Made by a program: the position numbers and the translations under genes. The notes below the pieces were generated by a model. It did not search any database. It worked only from the letters and a program-made list of their open reading frames with translations, and was not told the DNA's origin. Source: Candidatus Hermodarchaeota archaeon (lineage in GTDB: Archaea; Asgardarchaeota; Hermodarchaeia; Hermodarchaeales; Hermodarchaeaceae). Taken from it: a stretch of DNA of 32,335 bases. Where the stretch lies: positions 1-32,335 of the forward strand of contig JAEOUH010000007.1 in assembly GCA_016839365.1 (NCBI GenBank), in the 5' to 3' direction. Positions 18,144 to 26,285 of the stretch are shown here, piece by piece (the first letter of the stretch is position 1; the number at the start of each line of letters is the position of its first letter).

Positions 18144-19322
18144 GTGACTTGTTTGAAAGAACTCCGAGAAACTGTAATTGTCGATGCTATCCGAACACCC
18201 ATTGGACGGAAAGATCGTGCATATGCACATACCCGGCCCGATGAATTAGCGTCTCATGTCCTTCGTGAAATCACGAAACGAACGAAGGTTGATCCCAAAG
18301 ACGTTGACGATGTGATAATGGGTTGTAACACTCAAACTGCCTGGCAAGGGGCAAATATTGGTCGCTTAGCGCTGTTGGGTGCTGATTTTCCATATACTGT
18401 ACCTGGCTGCTCAATCAATCGAGCTTGTGGTTCGTCCCAGCAAGCAGTGAACTTCGCTGCCCAGTCTATATCCACATACAACGCGGACATCATTATTGCA
18501 GCTGGGGTAGAGCATATGTCTTGGCTTCCCATTGGTGCTGATTTTGGTGAAGCTTGGGCAGCTTTCAATCCCGAGCTCCTCAAAAAATACCAGTTCATTC
18601 CAATGCCTATGAGTGCGGAACGGATGGCTGAAAAATATGAGATTCCCCGAGAGGACCTTGATAAGTTCGCCTTGTGGAGTCATCAGAAAGCCGTGGCTGC
18701 TTGGGAGGCTGGCAAATTTACGAACGAAGTCGTGCTAACGCCTGCAAAGCAGGAGGATGGAAGCTGGATCACAATCGAGAAGGACGAAAGTCCACGTCCC
18801 ACAACCTCATTGGAAAAGCTGGCAACGCTTCCTCCGCTGTTTGGTGGCGTAATAACCGCAGGAAATAGCTGCCCGATCAACGATGGGGCAGCAGCAGTTA
18901 TGCTCATGTCACGAGAAAAGGCAGATGAACATGGACTGAAGACCCGCGCAATTGTGAAATCACAGGCTGTGGTTGGCACTGAGCCCGTCATCTGCTTGGA
19001 GGGTCCAATCTTCGCTACACCACCTGCCTTAGATCGGGCAAATCTCACCATTGATGATCTTCATGCGATTGAGGTTAACGAAGCATTTGCGAGTGTTGTA
19101 ATCGCAGCCGGTAAGATGTTGGGCTTTGACCCCCTCACCGACCCGCGTTTGAATGCCCATGGAGGATCGATTGCGTTGGGTCATCCACTAGGTGCATCCG
19201 GTGCTCGAGTAATCACAACCCTACTCAATGTCATGGAACATAATAACGGCCAGTTTGGACTAGCCACGTTTTGTTGTGGGCTCGGACTGGGAACAGCAAC
19301 GATAATTGAAAGGGAAAAATAA
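18144..19322 (+). CDS. Acetyl-CoA C-acyltransferase (canonical thiolase)
   Basis: NRACGSS (catalytic Cys), NEAF, GHPLGASG and CCGLG. The start may be TTG 18153 after AAGGTGA. Confidence 0.95.
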   Translation: MTCLKELRETVIVDAIRTPIGRKDRAYAHTRPDELASHVLREITKRTKVDPKDVDDVIMGCNTQTAWQGANIGRLALLGADFPYTVPGCSINRACGSSQQAVNFAAQSISTYNADIIIAAGVEHMSWLPIGADFGEAWAAFNPELLKKYQFIPMPMSAERMAEKYEIPREDLDKFALWSHQKAVAAWEAGKFTNEVVLTPAKQEDGSWITIEKDESPRPTTSLEKLATLPPLFGGVITAGNSCPINDGAAAVMLMSREKADEHGLKTRAIVKSQAVVGTEPVICLEGPIFATPPALDRANLTIDDLHAIEVNEAFASVVIAAGKMLGFDPLTDPRLNAHGGSIALGHPLGASGARVITTLLNVMEHNNGQFGLATFCCGLGLGTATIIEREK

Positions 19323-19346
19323 GTGAACACCCCTTAGGAAAGGGAC

Positions 19347-20558
19347 GTGGAAGCTATGCTGAACGCGTCATCGAAGCGAGTGAAGATTGTTGCTATCATA
19401 TTCATTGTTGTATTTGTCGGAGTTGGTTTCGGACTCGGTCTGTTTGTTAACGACTTTTTAGCAACTAGCTTCGAGGAAAAAGACCTCCCCCCAATTCCGA
19501 AGTACCAGGTCGTGGAACGTGATCACCCGTTACCAATCAAAGGCACGATTGCATCAATAACGGTTCCGTCTGGCACTCAGACAGATGACCATGATAACCG
19601 GTCAGCTTCGTTGTTTCAGGACACCATAATGACTCAAACAGTGTACCAATTTGTGGAAGCTGAACTGGCGATTCAGCAAAATGTGACCGATAGTCTCCCA
19701 GCTTGGGTGGCACGTGGTTTGGTGATCGTCGTCATCATTATGTTCATTTTGGGCATGGGTCCAGTTCAACAGCGAATGCCTAACTATCCGGGGAAACCCG
19801 TTGCTCGGTTGCTCTGGCTTGCCACGTTCTCCCCCTGGCGTATACAAGAGCAGGGGACTGATTTCCTCCGACAGGGATTTCCTATCCTCATTTGGGTATT
19901 CTCCGTGATTCTACTCGGTGTTGGTGCGTTGACCTTCTTCATGGCACCCTTACTCCTGCTCACACTTTTCCAAATCATCCTCTTTGTCGTGGTGATGCTC
20001 CTTGTCTTCTTCGTGGCTAATCGCATCAACGAAAAAGGCTCTTACATGATGGCGGCGCTTGCGCCGATGACCCTGCTGATCGCTGTGCTAATGGTCCTGG
20101 GTGGTATTCAGGGCTTTTCTTTCTTCTTCTACCTCTTCTGGACCAACCCCAGTATCCAGGTACTTCTCATTTCTATCGGATTGCTGACCATTGGGTGGCA
20201 GCTGTTCACCATAATCGTCATCAGCATGAAGAGTCTCGAATTTAGCCTTGTGTCTTCGCTAGGAAGACTCCTGATTGTCCTTGGATTCCTGTTCATGATG
20301 ATCGGAGTTTTCATTGGTTCGATTGGCTTAGAAATAACAATCACAACATTGATCCCTGAACTCGTCTTCTTACCCTTAGGACTCTCCGAAATCTTGGGAA
20401 TTGTCACCCACCTTAACATCCCCACATTCTTGCCCTGGTACATCACCATCGCAGGTGCAGATCTACTCATCATTGGTGTAGTTCTATGGGGAATTGATTA
20501 TCTATGGCGTCGCCGCCAACAACAAGAACCCACAGAAGCCCCCAAAATCGGAGGCTAA
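19347..20558 (+). CDS. Uncharacterised multi-pass membrane protein
   Basis: N-terminal TM, ~85-aa soluble segment, then about 8 hydrophobic helices. Starts 24 bp after the thiolase stop; its stop overlaps the convergent gene's stop. Confidence 0.75.
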   Translation: MEAMLNASSKRVKIVAIIFIVVFVGVGFGLGLFVNDFLATSFEEKDLPPIPKYQVVERDHPLPIKGTIASITVPSGTQTDDHDNRSASLFQDTIMTQTVYQFVEAELAIQQNVTDSLPAWVARGLVIVVIIMFILGMGPVQQRMPNYPGKPVARLLWLATFSPWRIQEQGTDFLRQGFPILIWVFSVILLGVGALTFFMAPLLLLTLFQIILFVVVMLLVFFVANRINEKGSYMMAALAPMTLLIAVLMVLGGIQGFSFFFYLFWTNPSIQVLLISIGLLTIGWQLFTIIVISMKSLEFSLVSSLGRLLIVLGFLFMMIGVFIGSIGLEITITTLIPELVFLPLGLSEILGIVTHLNIPTFLPWYITIAGADLLIIGVVLWGIDYLWRRRQQQEPTEAPKIGG

Positions 20559-21241
20559 CTGATCTGCGCGAGTAGTCCATGAATGAATTGCCGGACAGCG
20601 GATTTCCCCCGATACACTCCGTAGTGCCCTTCACAGAGGATGTCTGCTTGCAAGGCTTGGACTAACTTCATGGAGGTCCGCCACTGTTTAACATCACTCC
20701 CCCATGCCGTATTGAAAGGGCCATGCAGATCTTGCCCAAAAAGCACTCTTCGGTCTCCGTCTTTGAAATACAGTACAATACTTCCAGGTGTATGTCCAGG
20801 AATATGGAGATACCGGAGTTCTCCCTTACTAATAGGTACTTCACCAGCATCCTTGCGGAGGGGAACATCAATGGGGGTTGGTGGAACATTCATATGATAA
20901 TAATTCGCCGCCGTGGCAATGGGATCCCCCTGACTGATGGCACGAACAGCTAGTTCATGGGCTGCAATTTTGAACTTCAACCGTGCCTGAAGGGGAGCCG
21001 CACCCCCAACATGGTCTGCATGTTCATGCGTTAACACCAACAGCTCAATCTTACTCGGGTCCAAACCCAACGTTTTGATATTGGCCAGTATTCGGTCTGT
21101 GCTGCGTCCAAGACCTGCATCAATCAAAACAAGATGTCCGTTCAAGTCGACGAGGTAGACAAACGCATCTTCTGGGTCTGTAATGTTTGGTCCACCAATA
21201 CAGTAAGTATTGCGTGTGATTCGTTGAGGTGTAGTGTCCAC
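20555..21241 (-). CDS. MBL-fold metallo-hydrolase
   Basis: LIDAG, THEHADHVGG, PGHTPGS, LFGQD and CEGH. Confidence 0.92.
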   Translation of the reverse strand: MDTTPQRITRNTYCIGGPNITDPEDAFVYLVDLNGHLVLIDAGLGRSTDRILANIKTLGLDPSKIELLVLTHEHADHVGGAAPLQARLKFKIAAHELAVRAISQGDPIATAANYYHMNVPPTPIDVPLRKDAGEVPISKGELRYLHIPGHTPGSIVLYFKDGDRRVLFGQDLHGPFNTAWGSDVKQWRTSMKLVQALQADILCEGHYGVYRGKSAVRQFIHGLLAQIS

Positions 21242-21360
21242 GGATTTAACCCTCGATTCATTAATGGCAGGAAAGGAATTATGTTCTTCAAGGTGCTGAA
21301 GAGCAAAAAGCCTTTTCTAGCTTCGAAGTAAATTGACCACCTCACAGGTGAGCGAATCGA

Positions 21361-22284
21361 ATGCCCTTCATCATGTGCCCACAATCGTTAACGGATCACA
21401 TAGATTTGATTGACGTTCAAGGATGGGATTTTCAACACACAACCGCCAGCCTCATAATCCGAGGGAAGGAAACGGCGATTATTGAAACTGGACATCATCG
21501 GTGTGGTGAACAAATCCTTGCAGCATTACAGTTACGGACGATTCCCCTAGATACTGTTCGCTTCATCTGTGTGACCCACCGGCACGGGGATCATTGTGGC
21601 GGAGCCACACCCTTAGCATCTGCGTTAATAGAAGCACAAGTTGTGGGACATAAGTATGCCATTGCGACACTCTATGAGCCCAGCCGGTTAAATCGTGGTG
21701 CCCAGGAATTATTTGGTAAATTCGCTCAACCGATTCACCCCCTTCCGGATTCTGTCGCAACCTGGGAGGTTGATAATGGTGATCAATTCGAGCTCGGGGA
21801 TGACGTAAGTGTCGAAATCATTGGCACACCCGGTCATACCTCCGATCATCTTGCCTATCTCGAGGATAGCTCTCGAACCCTGTATATGGGTGATGCGATG
21901 GGCTTGTTGGGTCCCAAGAATTTCACCGTGACTCCGACTTCCTTTCCTCCGAGCTTCAAGTTTGATGCTTACAAAGCATCCATTGAGAAATTACAAGGAT
22001 ATGATCCTGCAGTCCTTGTATTCTCGCATTTCGGCGCCGTCACAGGGTCGGATATTCCCGTGATTTTCCATCGCGCCTTAGCGACCTTGGATTCGTGGAA
22101 AGAAACCATTGAGCAAGCCTGGCATACCGAACCAACCAAGGTAGCGGTAATGGATGCGATTCGAGACCGGTTCCTTCAGGAACTCGAAGTCTTTCCCCCA
22201 GAAGCTCGCTCCCTCTTCATCGAAGTAATGGCCAAAGGGCTAGCCAAGAGCCTCATTCCGAACAGCGATGAACTAATAGGCTAA
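21361..22284 (+). CDS. MBL-fold metallo-hydrolase
   Basis: IIETG, THRHGDHCGG, PGHTSDH, YMGDA and FSHFG. Confidence 0.92.
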   Translation: MPFIMCPQSLTDHIDLIDVQGWDFQHTTASLIIRGKETAIIETGHHRCGEQILAALQLRTIPLDTVRFICVTHRHGDHCGGATPLASALIEAQVVGHKYAIATLYEPSRLNRGAQELFGKFAQPIHPLPDSVATWEVDNGDQFELGDDVSVEIIGTPGHTSDHLAYLEDSSRTLYMGDAMGLLGPKNFTVTPTSFPPSFKFDAYKASIEKLQGYDPAVLVFSHFGAVTGSDIPVIFHRALATLDSWKETIEQAWHTEPTKVAVMDAIRDRFLQELEVFPPEARSLFIEVMAKGLAKSLIPNSDELIG

Positions 22285-22326
22285 AATTGGTAAAACCGAA
22301 GCGCTCAAAACCAGAAATTCAGAGGA

Positions 22327-22626
22327 ATGTATGTTATGCCAACACCACCAGATGCCATTACACGGGCCATTGCTAATTTCAATCGACTCCGTAGCCCTGA
22401 AGCTTTCGCCGAGTTCATCGGCTTTGACAACAACGAAATCTACATCCGATTCACTGGATCATTTTGCCGAACCTGCGGTATGCTGGACTACTTTGAAGAT
22501 CTAATTTTTGAGCTCGATGACCGCTCACCTATTAGCCTTGCCGTCGTTGACTTCGAAGCCGAAGATGATGTGACCTTTCAGGTCCGATACCGGCTCACAT
22601 ATCAGAAACCAAGTTGTGCTCGCTAG
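22327..22626 (+). CDS. Small acidic CxxC protein, NifU-C-terminal-like
   Basis: IYIRFTGSFCRTCG resembles the V.V.L.G.C..C signature of NifU-like domains. AGAGGA upstream; co-directional with the MBL gene. Confidence 0.65.
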   Translation: MYVMPTPPDAITRAIANFNRLRSPEAFAEFIGFDNNEIYIRFTGSFCRTCGMLDYFEDLIFELDDRSPISLAVVDFEAEDDVTFQVRYRLTYQKPSCAR

Positions 22627-22730
22627 ACATCCTGATGTTTTTTCCAGAATATGCAATAATCATTGTATTCTACCAAATAGTGTCACAATAACATGTGAAA
22701 GGGTCAGAATAGCACGATTCCTCTTGTTTC

Positions 22731-23013
22731 ATGCGAATTTTAGTTGCTGCACAGGTGCTGTATTCCTTTAGCACTTCAGTTGTTAGGACATTTTCTGACA
22801 GAAAAAAATTAATTCTTGTAGGAGTGGACTTAATAATAGAAAAAGGCTCCTCTGTTGGAAGGCTGACGCGTCGTCTTTGTGATAGAGGAAGCCAACCGCA
22901 ACAATCCCCCCATCGTTCGTGCACTCATTGAAGCTGGTCTGCGTATCGTGGAGCTCCATGAACGCGTGCCCAGTTTTGAAGATGCTTACATAAAAGTCAC
23001 CAGCGGTCGATGA
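22731..23013 (+). pseudogene. ABC-2-type transporter ATP-binding subunit with a large internal deletion
   Basis: The frame starting at 22731 reads VVRTFSDRKKLILVGVDLIIEKGSSVG, like the pre-Walker-A strands of ABC ATPases. A different frame (22867-23013) reads FVIEEANRNNPPIVRALIEAGLRIVELHERVPSFEDAYIKVT*, like the ...SLED.Y tail of ABC-2 ATPases, ending 4 bp before the permease ATG. No Walker A/B or signature motif is present. Confidence 0.75.
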
Positions 23014-23017
23014 ACAT

Positions 23018-23758
23018 ATGCTGAAAAAAGCGTGGGTAATGGCTCGTACTGAAATCCGTATGGTCTTCAAGAGTCGCCAAGTTAAATCCATCCCTGTGAT
23101 GATAGTCATATCCTCTGTCATGTTTTCTGTGTTTATGGTGTGGTTTACCATTGCCATGCCTGCACTCCCGGATCCTTTCCTTTACCGTTTAATGATGGCT
23201 TCCACAATGGGTCTGGTCGTCGTCATGTTGCCGGTGATATTACCCGTAATGATTGCGGCTGATTCCATTGTAGGCGAGAAGGAGCGACGCACCCTAGTTC
23301 CCTTACTGGCTACGCCGCTTACCGATTCAGAGCTGTTACTTGGCAAGTGCCTTACCGCCATTGTTCCGGGTTTGGTAGTCGCTTATGCTAACTTCGTCTT
23401 GGCCATTGGCATAATGAACGGGATGTTCCTCTTTATGGCACCCTTCTTATTGTGGGTGTGGCCCACTCTACTGGATGTCGTCCAAGGGTTAATTATGCCC
23501 CCACTCTTCTCGGCTCTGGCTGTTGGGTTTACTGTCATCATCTCGGGTCGGGTCAGTACGGTCTATGAAGCATATCAAATCAGTACACTCATAGTTCTTC
23601 CCGCAATGCTCGTTCCCTACATTGGACTCCTTCAAGGTTCAGGATTCGATTGGCTAATCCTGATCCTCGTCGCTGGTATCCTTGGCATCGCGGACTATGC
23701 GGTCTTCCGGTTGTCTCTTAACCTTTTCAGTCGTGACCGCCTTATCAGTCGTCTCTAA
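23018..23758 (+). CDS. ABC-2 type transporter permease
   Basis: Six TM helices; AADSIVGEKERRTLVPLLATPLTDSELLLGK signature. Confidence 0.92.
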   Translation: MLKKAWVMARTEIRMVFKSRQVKSIPVMIVISSVMFSVFMVWFTIAMPALPDPFLYRLMMASTMGLVVVMLPVILPVMIAADSIVGEKERRTLVPLLATPLTDSELLLGKCLTAIVPGLVVAYANFVLAIGIMNGMFLFMAPFLLWVWPTLLDVVQGLIMPPLFSALAVGFTVIISGRVSTVYEAYQISTLIVLPAMLVPYIGLLQGSGFDWLILILVAGILGIADYAVFRLSLNLFSRDRLISRL

Positions 23759-23827
23759 CTGAGAACGGCGCCGTTTGCGGCGGATTTAATTATAACCGAT
23801 CTTGATACCCCAAAGGCAACATAATCG

Positions 23828-23835
23828 TTTAAAAA
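23828..23835 (+). promoter_or_regulatory. Candidate TATA box for a stand-alone intergenic transcript
   Basis: TTTAAAAA ~30 nt before the first stem, in a convergent intergenic region with no + strand gene downstream. Confidence 0.4.
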
Positions 23836-23859
23836 TTGAACTTCATAGAACCCGCGATA

Positions 23860-24050
23860 AGGAATGCCACCCAAAAGACCACACACAACACCGAGTTCAG
23901 GGTGTGGCGAAGCCTGACGATGCTCAGCCAGTGTGATATGTGACATGGGCTAACAAGTGCGTTTCTGCTGGGCTTGGGTTCGCAAGGACTTATAGTTCGG
24001 AGTGGCACGGGCTGGGCTCATCAACCCAAAAGTGTCATAATACACTTTTC
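23860..24050 (+). ncRNA. Putative stand-alone structured ncRNA of unknown class
   Basis: Closing stem TGCCAC/GTGGCA (23865-70/24002-07); CCACAC/GTGTGG (23879-84/23902-07); GNRA hairpin TGGGTTC-GCAA-GGACTTA (23975-92, G-U pairs favour the + strand); terminal AAAAGTGT/ACACTTTT hairpin (24028-49). Confidence 0.5.
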
Positions 24051-24057
24051 CAGAGCT

Positions 24058-24097
24058 ATAAAAAGAGAAGAGCGGAGCAACCCGGGGGGGGCTGCTC
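24058..24097 (-). terminator. Hairpin plus U-tract ending the thiolase/DUF35 operon
   Basis: Minus strand GAGCAGCCC-ccccc-GGGTTGCTC (9 bp, one G-U) immediately after the stop, then CGCTCTTCTCTTTTT. Confidence 0.7.
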
Positions 24098-24098
24098 A

Positions 24099-24569
24099 CT
24101 AAGCGGGCTTGAAGTACTTGATATCGGTTAGGGCACCCTTCCGTTCCTTCTTCGCCTCAAAGACAGCTGTGACCTTGGAGCCAATTTTGAGTGATTCAGG
24201 CTTGATTTCACCAATACGATGAATTAGCCCACCATCGGTCTTGTCAATTTTCACAAAGGCCAAGATTTCTGGTTCTGGAAGGGCTTGTCCATCACGATCA
24301 AAGTAGGTAATCGTGTATGATTCGATAACCCCCTTGGAGGGCACTTCCATGAAGCTAGCGAGTTCAGTAAAGCAGTTGTCACAGTAGAGGCGCGGAGGCA
24401 TGAAGGTGATGTTACATTTCTCACACCGAGTTGCCAGCAGCTTCTCCTCATCCCGCAAGGCGATGTAGAAGCGTTCGCCAGCTACCCCAGCCGTGTAGAT
24501 GTAGTCACATTCCATGTCTCCGATTTGATGACGGATTTTCCGTGGATCGCGGATTTTATCAAACGACAT
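24099..24569 (-). CDS. Zn-ribbon/OB-fold protein (DUF35 family)
   Basis: RCEKC...PPRLYCDNC Zn ribbon followed by an OB fold (GVIESYT...IGSKVTAVF). Confidence 0.92.
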   Translation of the reverse strand: MSFDKIRDPRKIRHQIGDMECDYIYTAGVAGERFYIALRDEEKLLATRCEKCNITFMPPRLYCDNCFTELASFMEVPSKGVIESYTITYFDRDGQALPEPEILAFVKIDKTDGGLIHRIGEIKPESLKIGSKVTAVFEAKKERKGALTDIKYFKPA

Positions 24570-24573
24570 TGTC

Positions 24574-25092
24574 TCAGTCCTCCATAGGTTCCCAGTAGAG
24601 AATGTCAGTCACGGCGCCTTCCCGTTCTTCGGGAGGCTTCCAGACCGCTTTCACTTTCATCCCGACATCGATTTTCTTCGGGTCAACATTGCCCAGTAGG
24701 TGCAGAATACCAACTCCTGGACTGGCACCATCGATGTCAATCACTGCAACGAGAATCGGCTCTTTGATCCGGTTGGCATCAGCATCAAGATACGATAGGG
24801 AAAACGTGTTCACTGTTCCCGTGTCCTTACAGTACACCCATTCATCGGTCGCGACGAAACACTGTTCGCAGAACATCCGCGGAGGTACAATAATCCGCTT
24901 GCAACGACTACACCGACGACCGATAATGCGACCTTCTTTGAGTTCATCGAGATACCGTCCATAAGCTATTCCGGCGCTCCACGCATACTTCGCATTCGGC
25001 CGCCATTCGAAGGTAATGATTTTATCCGATTTGAGTTCCTTCCCAGAGACGGGTGTTCCCGGGAGTTCTTTCATGTCTTTACTCATTGTCAT
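24574..25092 (-). CDS. Zn-ribbon/OB-fold protein (DUF35 family)
   Basis: RCSRC...PPRMFCEQC; GTVNTFS...VGMKVKAVW. AGGAGGG RBS. Confidence 0.92.
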   Translation of the reverse strand: MTMSKDMKELPGTPVSGKELKSDKIITFEWRPNAKYAWSAGIAYGRYLDELKEGRIIGRRCSRCKRIIVPPRMFCEQCFVATDEWVYCKDTGTVNTFSLSYLDADANRIKEPILVAVIDIDGASPGVGILHLLGNVDPKKIDVGMKVKAVWKPPEEREGAVTDILYWEPMED

Positions 25093-25098
25093 CCCTCC

Positions 25099-26268
25099 TT
25101 AGCTATCCCTCTTGAAGACGCAGACCGTTCCGACCTGCATCAAATCACCCCATGCCTGACACACACCTGTTTCTGCCTTGGGGACTTGGCGCTTCCCAGC
25201 CTCATCACGAAGCTGCCAGAAGGCTTCACAACACTTCATCAGTCCAGCTGCGGCAATCGGATTACCCACACCGAGTAACCCACCTGAAGGGCAAATAGGC
25301 AAATCACCGTCACGCGCGGTGACCCCCTCCACTGTCAACTTTGGCGCCTGCCCCTTCTCCGCCAGCAGCAGACCCTCCATATGATGCAGCTCCTTATAGG
25401 TAAATGGATCATAGGGTTCAGCGAAGCTGACTTCTTGGGGTGGGTCATTGATTTTCGCCATTTTGTAGGCCATTTTGGCGGCTTTGGCGACGTATTGGGG
25501 GAAGTAGAGGTCGCGGTTGGTCCAGTAGGCGCTGTCGAGTGACCATCCGACGCCATCGAGCCAAACGGGTGCATCAGTGTATTTGCGGGCGACATCTTCG
25601 GAAGCAAGGATGAGAGCTGCGGCGCCGTCGCTGGGCGGGCTGATGTCAAGGCGGTTGACTGGGTAAACCATGATTTCGGAGTTGAGAACATCATCAACGG
25701 TGATTTTGGCAGCAAGTTGTGCGCTGGGATGGTCCAGAGCGTTCCCCTTGTTTTTAACAGCCACTTGGGCGATGTGTTCTTTGGGGATGCCGTGAACCTT
25801 CATGTAGCGGTGCATTTCTAGGGCGAAGATCCAGACGAGGTTAGGGTTGAGTGGTCGGCTGATGATTGGGTCCCAGATACTGCGGAAGGCGGTTTGTGGG
25901 TGGGGGAAGCAGGGGCTCATTTTTTCTTCGCAGACCACGAGGCAGGTGTCGTGCATACCTGAGGCGATGTGCCACCAGCCACCGATTGGTGCAAAGACAC
26001 CAGTGCCACCGCCGACGTAGACGTGAGTATATGGTTTTTGGGTTGCACCTGCACCGTCGAGGAGGTTTTCCGATTTCATATGGATACCATCGAAGGCATC
26101 GGGGGCGGTTCCCATAACCACGCTGTCGATTTCGTTGCGAGACATGCCAGCGGATTCGAGGGCCATGTTGGCGGCGTAAAATGAGAGTTCCTTGCCGGAT
26201 TCTTTAAGGCGTCGGCGATAGAGGGTGATTCCGGCGCCTATGACGGCTACGCGTTTTCTAATGTTCAT
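25099..26268 (-). CDS. SCP-x-type thiolase-fold protein lacking the catalytic Cys (Ltp3-like)
   Basis: Thiolase-fold motifs VAVKNKGNA, SPPSDGAAA, EPYDPF and PSGGLLGVGNPIAAAG. The nucleophile position reads YVGGGTG. Start ATG 26268 after AAGGAGG. Confidence 0.88.
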   Translation of the reverse strand: MNIRKRVAVIGAGITLYRRRLKESGKELSFYAANMALESAGMSRNEIDSVVMGTAPDAFDGIHMKSENLLDGAGATQKPYTHVYVGGGTGVFAPIGGWWHIASGMHDTCLVVCEEKMSPCFPHPQTAFRSIWDPIISRPLNPNLVWIFALEMHRYMKVHGIPKEHIAQVAVKNKGNALDHPSAQLAAKITVDDVLNSEIMVYPVNRLDISPPSDGAAALILASEDVARKYTDAPVWLDGVGWSLDSAYWTNRDLYFPQYVAKAAKMAYKMAKINDPPQEVSFAEPYDPFTYKELHHMEGLLLAEKGQAPKLTVEGVTARDGDLPICPSGGLLGVGNPIAAAGLMKCCEAFWQLRDEAGKRQVPKAETGVCQAWGDLMQVGTVCVFKRDS

Positions 26269-26285
26269 TCTATATTCCTCCTTGG

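Noticed and set aside
23914-23920. CTGACGA, a hammerhead-like core
   Set aside because: There is no GAAA after a stem II, so the three-way junction cannot be built.
23864-23953. Short ORF MPPKRPHTTPSSGCGEA-TGA-RCSASVICDMG as a possible selenopeptide
   Set aside because: No resemblance to known selenoproteins and no convincing SECIS. RNA structure explains the region better.
23858-24020. AGGAATGCCACCC as RNase P RNA conserved region I
   Set aside because: No matching CR-V (ACAGAA...GCUUA) or P4 pairing, and the region is too short.
24084-24091. G8 tract as a phase-variation site
   Set aside because: It is non-coding and forms the loop and stem of the terminator hairpin.
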